Shown: in pieces, positions 36,440 to 47,929 of the stretch
Numbering within the stretch: position 1 is the stretch's first letter
Layout of the letters: every line of letters begins with the position of its first letter
NCBI GenBank assembly: GCA_013239625.1
Contig: MU053487.1
Span: 2,439,058-2,503,057 of the forward strand
DNA from: Lama guanicoe
Taxonomy: Eukaryota
Reading direction: 5' to 3'
Length of the DNA stretch: 64,000 nt
Position numbers and translations under genes: made by a program
Notes under the pieces: model-generated
Databases searched by the model: none
What the model saw: the letters and a program-made list of their open reading frames with translations, nothing else
What the model was told of the DNA's origin: nothing

Positions 36440-39400
36440 CTTGTCTTCTTAATAGTCTATTAACTGTGAGAAGTGACTTCACTGTTTTCAGCCCTGAAAT
36501 AAAAAAGAAACAGAATAATTTAGAATGTTTCCCTTTCAGCAATTTTAATGCTTGTTTATACCTCTAACAAAGATCAATTATATTTAGGTATTTACGTGTA
36601 AATTAAAGAAATTAGTCACAAAACACTTTGTCCTCCACTATCAACATATTTCAATAAATTTTAGAATATTTAAATTTATACTAATTACTAAACCTCCTAA
36701 CTCTTTGTACCAAGCTACCCAGGTCAACCTATGAGAACGTGCTATAATATTAACCTCAGGAAACTGCAAACAGCAGTAATAGTTTAAGACTGCTGTAGCT
36801 ACTTCTAAAATCTATTTCCATTCTAGAGTAAAAAACATTTCAGAAAAGTCATTCAGCCTAAAGCTCTGAGAGAACATATGAAGAAATTTTAACATAGAGC
36901 CTTAAAGCTACAAAGGTAAGTTGGCTTTTTAGTGTAATTTAAGAAACAATTCTAATTAAACCATTACCACATTAAAAAAAAAAGTTTATTATTCTGCACT
37001 TAGCAGAACACCATCTAGGCAACAAATTCTGAGTGCTTGCTATCGCCAGGGAGGTATTATGTATGGGAGGTGCCGAAGATACAGTGACAAACAAAACAGT
37101 AATGATATAGGCCAACGATTAAGAATATGGATCTATTATTAGTGTTATTATTATGAAGTAGATGTATTTTTACAAAACAGAGAAGAAAAATTCATCTGCT
37201 AGGATTAAATAACAAGGATGGTAAAGACCATCTAACCTTTCTAACAACACATAGTATTTGAAATTAGAGATTCTCATGAGACAGTGTATCCTGATTTACA
37301 TGATCTCTTTCTCTCCTATACACGTTCTTGAGAAGTACAGCTCATTTAATGAAATAATCCATTAATTTAATTTTTCCCTAGTTTTAACAAAACAGGTGAA
37401 ATTTCATTACACTGGGAGTCACAAAATCTTGTTACAATTGTCCTAGTAGAATGAACTATATTAAATCTACAAGTGGCTTTAATGTACTAGAAATGACTTG
37501 ATTCAAGCAAAATAAAACAGAGCTACTTCATCAATCCATTCTTCCAAAAAAGTTCTCTCCAATGAAAATTCAGGCCACTCCCATCTTAGCTGACACCATT
37601 TCTTATTCCCAACATAGCTGGCTTGTGATGTTTGCCAATCAGAATGAAGACTGATGACAGTCTGTTATTCTGCCATAGAAAATATATTTGTATATTAGAA
37701 AAGGACTCATTTAAATGGAAATGGAAGGGGAAAAAGAAGGTATATCTGAAAGCAGCAGCTGATAAATCCTAGCCACAAATTAGGACAGCTTCTGAAAAGC
37801 ACTGAGTAGTTTTTCCAGGAGTCTCCCATCATCCTCAGCATCATCTTACAAATCATTCACCTATTTAATAGTAATGGTCACCCACTGAGAAAAAAGCAGC
37901 ATGCCATACAAAATTCCTTTTCCGACTGGAGTGACCATTTAGCTGACGCACTGTGGTATCATCCAACATTTGTCCTTCAGCCAACATTCCAAGGACTCAA
38001 GGACTCACTGAAAGACATTTCACAGAAGCAGGATACAAAAACATAGGCATTTTCTAACTGGAGGCACAAAAAAAATAATTACAGAAGAAAAAAAAAAGGT
38101 TTGGCTGGAAGTGTAGCAAAAGTTTAACAATAGTTTCATTAGGAGGGTGAGATTATGGATGCATTTTTTTCCTTCTTCTCGATTCTCTAAAATTTCAATA
38201 GCACTGGGGAAAGAGAGATGCATTTAAAAATAAGTAAATAAAAACATTCAGATCAAAGAATAAACTGGCCTCAAAGTGGATCACACTCAAATTAGGCACA
38301 ATAAGCTATACAGCTGAGATGCACTATCTGAAGCCACTGCTGCTGGCACTTTTTTGAATCTAGTATTGTTCTCTCTTTCCCCATAATCCATTTCTTCCTC
38401 CTTTCTCAATTAACACTGCCTTAGACCTTAGAGCCGCGAGGATATTCCTAGCACACAGATTTACATATAGGATTATCTTTTCTCAAAAGTGCCTAAAAAC
38501 CAAAAGTATGTAACAAGCTCCAAGCTGACCCGCCCTGAGAGAAAGATGATAGCAGAAGGGACGGGGGCACAGCATAAGCAGGAAATGGGAGCAACTTTCT
38601 GTCTGTCTCCCTCGTCCTTCTTGTCCTAGTTACAAGGGTACCCAGGTGTTTACGTCAGTGACTGGCCAGGACCTGTCACCTTTATCTGTTGCACATGAGG
38701 CAGACCAACCATTAACTATTTCAAAAAACAACCTACTGGTTTTTTTAAAATTTTATTATTTGCCTTCTGTGGGCATACACCGTTGCTAATATTAGAAAAA
38801 TTTAAAGCTTTCAGCTCCTATGCAACTATCTTCTAATAAACTCCAGAACATCGTGTATCAGTGACAGGGGAAACCTGAAAAGAAGATTTCTGGCACAGCC
38901 AACAGAAAACTGCTTTCCAACAAAATGACAAAAATAAAGATACTGACTCAAAAGTGACCTCGAATAGATTATTTCCAGTTTCTGATTCCAAAGGACTTTC
39001 AGTTAGTTTCTATTCCAAGGTTTCCCAAGAACACTTTTCTTCAGGAGCCATGTTCATCTCTTTCAGCTTTTCCTTAGTGCTAGCAACCAAACCAAAAGGT
39101 AAACCTTTATATCCACTGACAAGAACAAAACTGCCTGCATTTTTGTTATGTCCTTTACCCAGACAATGTCAAGCTGATTTTCTCCAGATGGTTTTTTCAT
39201 TAAGTATTTGTCTACCTAAGGGAAAGAAGAGATGTTGTGGAATATAAACCTTCCAAAACAGACACATCAATAAGGCTTTCTCTTCTCCAGTGAGCTTCTC
39301 ACATAAAACATTTCTGAAAAATAGGCATTTTGCCACATTAAGTGGCATTTCAATCACGATATTGTTCACTTCTGTAAGAACAGCAGAGTATCAGTGTGCC

Positions 39401-39659
39401 ATGTTCTAAATATAGCACACTTAGCTAGTTCTGTCTGGACCCTGATAGTTGCAGTTCCCTTATACCCAAGTATTTCATCATAGAGAACTCAAAATATTGG
39501 CATAAGTCTTTGTCTCAGCATTGTCATTACAGTTAACCCTAGTCTGCCCAATAAAACACTTGGTAGTTATTCATAAGCAAAAATCCCAGGATCCAGGACG
39601 GCATCTGAATAAAAGAATTAGCGTGATTGTAGTCGGTGCCACTGGACGAAATTTAAAGT

Positions 39660-39845
39660 GAGAGGATGAGTTCAGCTGGTTGCACGACCGATTGCTGTGT
39701 TGCTCTTCTCCCTGCATAAGCCTTGGTTTCTTCATCTAGAGAGCAGAAATAACAACTGTCCCAACTCTCTAACGTGGTTAACGTGAGGCTCAAGTGAGTT
39801 AAGATAAATGCAAGCACTTAAACCACAAAGCACTCCATAAATGTT
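39660..39845 (+). mobile_element. MIR relic
   Basis: gccttggtttcttcatct...gtgaggctcaagtgagttaa...gcactccataaatgtt. Confidence 0.6.
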
Positions 39846-40239
39846 TAAAGTGTCTTAAATTAACTAGCTCTTTTACATATGTAGTTTATAAAAGTTAACA
39901 AAGGGCAATCCTAGCCTTTCTTTATAATTACATACTTTTAACTAAACAAACGGATCCTCAATTTCCTCTAGCATGCATCATGTGATATAATTGGCCATGC
40001 TAAGAATTTCTGGTGAAGCACAGAACAATATGGAAAATATAAAAATATCTTTAACCAGAATCACTATACTGTAGCACATTTATATAATAAAAACAAAAAG
40101 AATAAAGAAAAAAATGTTAAGGTACTTTGTGGTATTCAAAGTCTATTTTTGAAAATTCAAATGAATATACAAGTTTGGGAGTATAGCCTTATAATGGGTA
40201 ATAGGCCCCTTATTAGAACTTATTAGAACACAAATGACT

Positions 40240-40600
40240 TAGAAGGAAACGAGATAGAGGTCATTAAATGGTACACTTAAGATCTGTGCAGATCTTTCTA
40301 CGTAAATTTCACCTCAAAAGAAAAAGACCTCTAAACAAATACTGCTGAAATATTTAGGGTTGATGTGTGTTGGTATCTGCTACTTATTTTGAAATGCATC
40401 CAAAAACAAACAAAAAAAGATAGAATAATGGATAGATAGGAGAATGGATAAAGGGATAAACAGGTGACAACTTATATTATGTGATATAATAAAATATTAA
40501 TAGTAGAATCCAGGTGGTAGGTACCTGAGTGTTCACAGACCTCCTTCAAATTTTTTGTATGTTTGAAATTTTTCATAATAAAGTATTAGGGAAAAAGTAA
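40240..40600 (+). mobile_element. Old L1MC/ME-type 3' end
   Basis: gtacacttaagatctgtgca...tacttattttgaaatgcatc...tgtatgtttgaaatttttcataataaa. Confidence 0.72.
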
Positions 40601-41537
40601 CTGGTTGAGAAAGGTAGACGATTAAGTGAGCAAAAGGCATGGGAACTGGGTATCGCAATTTCAAAAAAATCTTGATTTGAAAAGAAAAAGGAAGGCAGAG
40701 GTAATCCCAAATAGAAGAATACCAATAGTTATGTACACATTAGAAAGATTATGGAAAAAGGAGAGAACAGAAATTCCTGGACTAAAAGAGAAAAAAAAAT
40801 GGAGGAGAGAGAAGGGTAAAGGGCGGGGGAGGGCAGAGAGAGAGAAAGAAAAAAAGGAAAAAAAAAGGAAGGGAGGGAGGATGGGAGAGATTATAGTTAA
40901 AGATATCAATCCTGCAAATATCTACATGAGACTATCACACAAAATGAATAAATCATTAACAGAACCTACAAAAAGAACAAAAGGTGCATCTAGAACTCGA
41001 GGCAAAATGAAAAATGAAAAATATATATATGGGGCAAAAAACATATGAGGCAAAACTGGAGGGCCTGGCAGGACAAGGAAAGGTAGGTGCAAAACACAAA
41101 GTAAATCTCAGGAGAGGATCAGAACCTGTAATAGTTAATTTAACCACATCTACTTTCATATTGGGTAGTCCTAAGAATTACCAAACGTGTTTTTTAAGTC
41201 TCACATTTGAATATATAGTATTCTTACATACCCAACACAATTGATAATCTTTCCATTTCCTCTTTTCATAAGATGACATGCTAGTGGTTGCACTTCCTTC
41301 CTTGTTAACGATGCTATTAGATAAATGAACTCTAATGGGCTGTATGTTCAATATGATTTACAATATTATTTCATCAACTGTGCAGACCCCAAATTAGGAA
41401 GATGTACTCTTACCAACAACTGCATTCTCAGTATGCCCTAAACCATTTCCTGGTACCATTCAAGTGGCCTCCTCTCCCTATGACTTTTAAAGTATCTCAG
41501 AAATGCATGGACATACATTCAGAGAATGAAAGGAAGG

Positions 41538-41762
41538 CAGAATAGATAAACAAGATTATACTGTATAGCACAAGGAAATATATGCAAGATCTTATGGTAG
41601 CTTACAGCGAAAAAAATGTGAAAATGAATATATGTATGGTCACGTATAACTGAAAAATTGTGCTCTACACTGGAATTTGACACAACATTGTAAAATGACT
41701 ATAACTCAATTAAAAAATGGCTAAAAAAGAATTTAAAAAAATAAAAATTAGTTTAAAAAAAA
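41538..41762 (+). mobile_element. Young 5'-truncated L1 3' end with TSD
   Basis: agaatagataaacaagattatactgtatagcaca...cactggaatttgacacaacattgtaaaatgactataactcaat plus A-tail; TSD gaaaggaagg at 41528-41537 and 41763-41772. Confidence 0.9.
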
Positions 41763-42189
41763 GAAAGGAAGGAAGGGAGAGAGAAAATTACATATTGCTG
41801 AAGATAGGTCAGACTAAAAGTGTGAAATAAAGCAGAAAACAAGAAAATAGCAGAAGTACTAAGGTTAACAATAGAAGTTCAGGTGGTAAAAAAAATAAAA
41901 GTAAAATAAACAAGGGAGAAATGTGAAAGTATGCAGTAAGGATATGATTTTTTATGTAATTAAATATAAAGGAGATTCTAAAATTAGGAAATTTTAATAA
42001 GATAAATCATACACCTTTAATTTTTCCCTTTTCAACAAATATCTACTAAGAATTTGCAAGGCACTAAAAGTGCATACTAATCATTACCTGGTAAGTAGGC
42101 AAGGAGTACAGTGGGAAAATAAAAATGGTAAAGAAGTCAGAGAAAGTATTTATACTATTTTCCACATATCCTTTCTTACTGGTGTTCTC

Positions 42190-42950
42190 TGAAGCACAAA
42201 AGTTTTTATTTTGAGGAAGTCAATTTATCTGTTTTTTTCTTTTGTTTCAAGGCCTTTGCTGTCGTATCTAAGCAAGCACTGCCTCCCTCAAGGTGACAAA
42301 GATTTACTCCTATGTTTTCTCCGAGAGTTTTATAGTTTTAGCTCTTATATAATCCATTCTGAGTTTTTTTTTTTTAATATGCTGTGATGGAGGAACCCAA
42401 CTTCATCCTTTTGCATGTGGATATCTACTTTTCCCAGCACCATTTGTTAAAAAGACAAGTCTTTCCCCTACTGAACTGTCTTGACACTCTTGTCAAAAAT
42501 CAAACATAAAAGTAAGGGTTTATTTCTGGACCCTCAATTCTATTCCACTGATCTGTATGTATATTCTTATGCCAGTATCACACTGTCTTGATTAATGTAG
42601 CCTTGCAGTGCTTTTACATTATGATGAATGCGTCCTCCAACTTTGTTCTTCTTTGACACTGTATTGCCCATTCTGGGTTCCTTATATTTCCATACACAAT
42701 TTAAGATGGGCATGATAATTTCTGTATTAAAAGTTGGTGCAGGAAAAAAAGGGAGGGGCATTTTGATAGGGACTACATCTAATCTATAGATCAATTTGGG
42801 GAGTACCGTCATCGTAGCAGTATTAAGATTCCAAATCATGAGCATAGCATGTCTTGCCATTTACATAGATCTTCTTTAACTTCTTTACACAGTGTTTTGT
42901 GATTTTCAATGAACAAGTCTTAAATCTCTTTTATTAAATTTATTTCCCAT
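42190..42950 (-). mobile_element. L1 ORF2 fragment (degenerate)
   Basis: Minus-strand translation MTVLPKLIYRLDVVPIK...WKYKEPR...KKNKVGG matches the L1 ORF2 region after the RT domain. Confidence 0.9.
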
Positions 42951-43682
42951 CACAGGGGTCATTTTAAAAATCAAGTGGATAAAAAAAGGTTCTATAAACT
43001 GTAAAATGCTTCAGATATATATGGTATCACTGACACCAAGAAAACAAAAGATCTGAAATCACAATAGCAACAGGGGTGATTAAGTAACACTCAGAAGTAA
43101 ACCCTATGGCTAAAGTTAATCTTAGGTGAGCCACAGGTGGGTGGGTAGATGGGTGGGTGATTGCACATTTTCAAACACCAAATCTAATCCAACACCAGAC
43201 CTACATACTTAGTGGGGAGGCATTTTTCACTATTTCCAATTACTTACATATATAGCAAAATTAAAAAGAACTGTAATTTCTCTTACTGAACTGTACAAGT
43301 GTATTTTTTCTTTCTAACGCACGTGAAATTATTACTGAAATCCTTCCTTCCTGAAAAGAAATGAAGATTAAAACTAACATGACAGAAGCATGTAACTAAA
43401 TAATAAAATAGAAGGGATCAGAATTGATTCCCAAATGAAAAAAAAAATTAGCCTTAGACCTTAGGTTCTCCTGATTGGGGATGAACTCTACTGACAACAC
43501 ACATATTAACTATATTCTAATAGCAGCAAAAATAAAACTTAATCCAACAAAAGAAAAAAATTACATGAATAAATATGATCATGTTAATTTCTTTTTAATC
43601 TACAATAAAACAAAATACAATGCTGAAATGACCCAAATTGAAATAGCTTTAAGTCAAGGCCAATCAACAAGATGCAATAGTT

Positions 43683-43860
43683 GGGGAGATTATAGCTCAG
43701 TGGTAGAGCAAGTGCTTAGCACATACAAGGTCCTGGGTTCTATCCTCAGTACCGCCATTAAAAAACAAAGTAAATAAACCTAATTATCTCCCACACAACA
43801 ACATTTAAATAAAATAAAATTTAAAATAATAAATAAAAGAAGCAACAATTATAAAAAAAA
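43683..43860 (+). mobile_element. tRNA-derived SINE (camelid vic-1-like)
   Basis: ggggagattatagctcagtggtagagc...aaggtcctgggttctatcctcagtacc...taaataaacctaatta plus A-rich tail. Confidence 0.9.
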
Positions 43861-45059
43861 TGATACAATAAACTGTGGTATTAGAAAACTCATGGGAAGC
43901 AAGCAAAGACAAGGACAAGTTTGATATGCCTACAAGGTACAAAAAGATGACAAAGTGGCATGTAAATTGTGGTTGCAAATATGTAAAACTTTATGCATAT
44001 GAATAATGAATGACTAAGGCAATAATGTGAATTTTTTTTCTTTTTTCCTAAGCTGCATATTCATTTTACCAAATCATTGATAATCATTTTACCAAAAAGT
44101 GATTTAAACTAAAAGCTATAATTATGGGGCTATTTCATAGTGTGAAAATAAAAACTTGTAAAAATAACCAACTTTGACAGTGTAGTAATAAGCTGATAAG
44201 GAGGAAAGATTCATTCAGTCTATCAGAGCAACTGTAAAGTAGGACAATAAAAATTTATGTTGGTCATCTCTGGTAAAACCATCATTTTCTAACAAACTTC
44301 ACATTAGCCATCACTCTTAGAGACATAATGGAATCCTAAGAAAATGAAAAACACATTGCTAATTTTAAAAAGAATGAACACCATTAGATTAACCTTAAAA
44401 ATGTTAATAAAATTAAATTAAATTAAAACTCTGACTCCAATCAACAGGTCAAAATTAGAATCAAAAAGCAACCATTAATGTCCTCTAAAGTCTTGGAAAA
44501 AACATTAATGTTCAAGTCTCCGAGTTTTTATTATCAAATTTTTTTCTTAAGGTTTCAGGTTTCACTTAAAACCTATGATTCCTTCCACTCATGTAGCTCA
44601 CCCACTGGGGAAAAAAATAGTGACATGAGGTACTTTTATAGCAGAAAGAAAGATGTCAACAATTTCCTTCTCTTGAGCCACGTTGGTCACGTTTGTGTAA
44701 CTTAAACCTGTCTTAGATAGAAAGGGCAAAATAACGCCCTGCAGTGGTAGGCAAAATACCAATTAGGCTCATAAAAGGAAGAAGTCAACAAGATATAATG
44801 CAATATGAGTACAATGTTCATGAGGGAATGGTAGCAAAGAGAGCAGAGCTGACAGCACAAATGTGAGAGTAGCTAACTTAAGAGCCACTCCAATCCAGAG
44901 ACACAGGAAATGAGTTCCACTCTAGACACATTACTTCTGCTCATAGAAGACCTAATAGCAACACTTAGTGGCTCCTTTTTATAAAAATAAAGAGAAACTG
45001 ACCCTCCCATACCTGCTCATCCACTACCTCCCCTCCCCCATCACATGCACACACAGAGA

Positions 45060-45610
45060 AACAAAGAGAAAGAAATCAGTAATAAAATAACTTCTCAGAA
45101 GTTAAGGACATGAATTGCCAGATTCAAAGAGCCTACAGAAGGTGCAACACAAGTCCTGAGTCCACAGCAAGGTACTCTATAGTGAATTTCAAACACAGGG
45201 ACAAGGATGATTTTACAAGCTTCCAGGGGTGGAAAAATCAGGTCACGTACAAAGGATTAACAATTCAAATGGCTTCAGTCTTACGGAAACAAAATTCTGG
45301 CAACAAGAAGACAACAGAGTAATGTCTTCAAATTCCTAAAAGAAAATTACGGACAATCTGTAAGTAGCCTATGCCCAGTCAAAATATTCTGTTCTCATAC
45401 TTGAGTATAAAAGACACTTCAGACGTGCAAGTTCTCAAAAGTTGCCTCTTTCCCCCTTTGTTAATAAGTTACTAGACGATATATCTCATCAAATAAAAGA
45501 GAAAATGAAAAGAGAGGAAATTTAGCACACGGGAATAAATCCAACACAGAAGAGGCAAAGGGGATCCATCCCCAGCAAGGGTCACAGACATTCCAGGAAG
45601 AAAGCTACAC
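45060..45610 (+). mobile_element. Ancient L1/HAL1 ORF1-like relic
   Basis: Translation ...QIQRAY...RYSIVNFKH.DK....FQ..KNQVTYKGLTIQMAS... resembles the L1 ORF1 C-terminal half. Confidence 0.6.
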
Positions 45611-46164
45611 ACTGAAGCAATGTGATTCAAGAGACATAAGAGTGCTGTCATCACCAACATCCCCACAGCCTTTGAGACATCTTTTTCACATGAGGTGAGC
45701 TGGTCCAGGTTTTCACCTGAACTGAGTTTGTCTTGCTTGACCCCACGTTGACGAAGTTCCTGCTGTCCATTCCCCAGCTGCTGAGACTGGCTGAGGACTT
45801 ACTTCACACCACGGACGTATTTGGCTTTTACCTATTCCTGATGGTGAGAGCATGAAGAGTTCAGAAAGAGCCATGTACCTCCCCAACTATACCTCTTCTG
45901 GATATTTAGTACCTCATCAAGACTTCAGCTCTGCCAGATGCCCTGACTGTCATGAGTTTTATGGTTTCCCAGGACTCATTAGGAAACTTTCCCAAAGACT
46001 TAACAGAAGGGACTCAAGGAAGACTCTGTTCAGCTTATTTCTCCTGTGAGCCTTCATTTAATAGTGGTAATGTGGACCTTTCTGTTCATAGCTAGGTTTC
46101 TACTTGCTATTTAGTTTTTCAAAACTGTCAAAAAAAAAAGTATACTGCTTAGGAATACATAATA

Positions 46165-46600
46165 TGGTAGAAACTAGCCTATTGTTCACCAAGTCATTTC
46201 CCCTTTCTGCCTACAGCTCTGCCACATTTCTAGCCTTCCTTGCATTAAATGCAGCCATTTGACTAAATGCTGGCCAATGGAATGTGGACAAAAGTGATGT
46301 ATGTATTAGTCTAGGCCCATCAAACCGCTTATGGAATCTACCACACTCCCTCTCTTTGCCCTTGAATCTGCCAGCCAGATGCACAGAGCTCAGTTAAAGT
46401 GTGAAAGTCACTGAGGCCCCAGGTCACTAGATGAAAGGAGGCTGAGTCCCTGGGTGACTTGGTGGAACCAATTACTTATTCCTTGGCCAGTGCCTTCGAA
46501 CTCACAGCAAAGATGTGAGTGAGAAATAAGCTTTAACATGTTCAACCACTGAAACCTGGATTTGTGTACTACAGCAGGTTAGCCTAACCCAACTAATAGA
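46165..46600 (+). mobile_element. MLT1-type MaLR solo LTR (old subfamily)
   Basis: tggccaatggaatgtggacaaaagtgatg...gtgagtgagaaataagcttt...accactgaaa...actaata. Confidence 0.8.
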
Positions 46601-47314
46601 CACGAAAAGGTGGCGAAACTATTCGGTTTCTCAAAATTAAACCACATATTGATTAGGAATACATATTTGGGGAGAGGGATGGGATTGCAAGATTAGGCAG
46701 GGAATGGTCCCAAAAGAGTGATTAACATGTAAAATGGGCTTGTGATTACCTGGAAGGGAAAATGGTGCCATTTAAGGATATTCACAAGAAAGTTTCAGAA
46801 TATTGTAATGTTCAATTTCTTGACCTAAGTAATGAGACCACAGGTGCTCATTTTATTATTCTTCCTGAAACTGTATTTTTGTTTTCTATTTCTCTATATG
46901 TATTTAACAAGTAAACTATTAATTATTTTGCTCAAAATAAATTAGAAAGAGTGGACACTTGAAAAATCTGTTGGAGCATTTGGGAAAAATAAGGTAAATA
47001 GAAAACTAAGCCAAAAAAAAAAAAAAAGGCAATTGTTAAACTCCTGGAAAAAAAAATGAATGTTAAGAAAGGAAACAATCATGGAACAACTCTTGGCTAA
47101 GTAGTAAGCAATATTTATTTAGTTATAAAGAAAACACCAACTACTGATTTAAATTGCAAAACTGGAAAGTGGCAGAGAGAGAAAGTGGCAGGAAATAATG
47201 AAGAAATACTATAAAATAACGATAAAAGCCACCATCTTAAGATACTCTCAAGTGCACATATCAGTTTTTTACACAAAAATGGATTTATAAAATATGTGCT
47301 ATTTTGTAAACAGC

Positions 47315-47912
47315 TATGGCAGACTCTAAGGTGGCCTCGCCACCATGACCCCCCCACTCCTGCTGTTTATACCTTTGTGTAAGTGCTTCCCAAGAATGCG
47401 GGCAAAACTTATGACTTGCTTCTACCAATAGAATATGACAAAGGTTATCAGATGTCATTCCCATGTTTATGTGACATATGTAAGACTGTCTAGCTGGCAG
47501 ACTTGTTCTAAACTCCTTGATGGCTTGATAAAGTGGTCATACTAGGAAAAACCAGAGGGTCAAGAACTTCAGGTTGCCTCTGAAAGCTGAGAGCAGCCTT
47601 CAGGAGCTTCAAGATACCCTCTGGATAACCAAGTAACTTCTTAAGCAAGAAATCTCCATTATAAAATCACAAGAAAATGAATCCTGCCAAAAACCTAAGT
47701 GAGCTTAGAAGTAAATTTCTCCCTAGTTGATTCTGAGGGTAAGAATTCAGCCCAGTCATCACCTTGATTGCAGCCTCAGGGGACCTTAAGCAGAGGACCC
47801 AATTCCATTGTGCTCAGACTCCTGCCCTACAGAAACTATAGGATAATAAATGTATGTTGTTTTAAGTTGCTAAGTCTGTGTACTTTGTCATACAATATAG
47901 AAAACAAATACA
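47315..47912 (+). mobile_element. MLT1E-like MaLR solo LTR
   Basis: tatggcagactctaaggtggcc...aatgaatcctgccaaaaacctaagtgagctt...ataaatgtatgttgttttaagttgctaag...aataca; near-match 5-bp TSD acagc/actgc. Confidence 0.88.
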
Positions 47913-47929
47913 ACTGCTTTTAAAACTGT

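Noticed and set aside
40626..41048. 140-aa Lys/Arg/Glu-rich ORF
   Set aside because: Produced by a purine-rich low-complexity tract; GTG start, no splice or homology support.
43683..43760. tRNA-like sequence with A/B boxes (also at 25143 and 16570-16646)
   Set aside because: SINE heads with A-rich tails (clear TSDs on two copies) and no intact cloverleaf; not tRNA genes.
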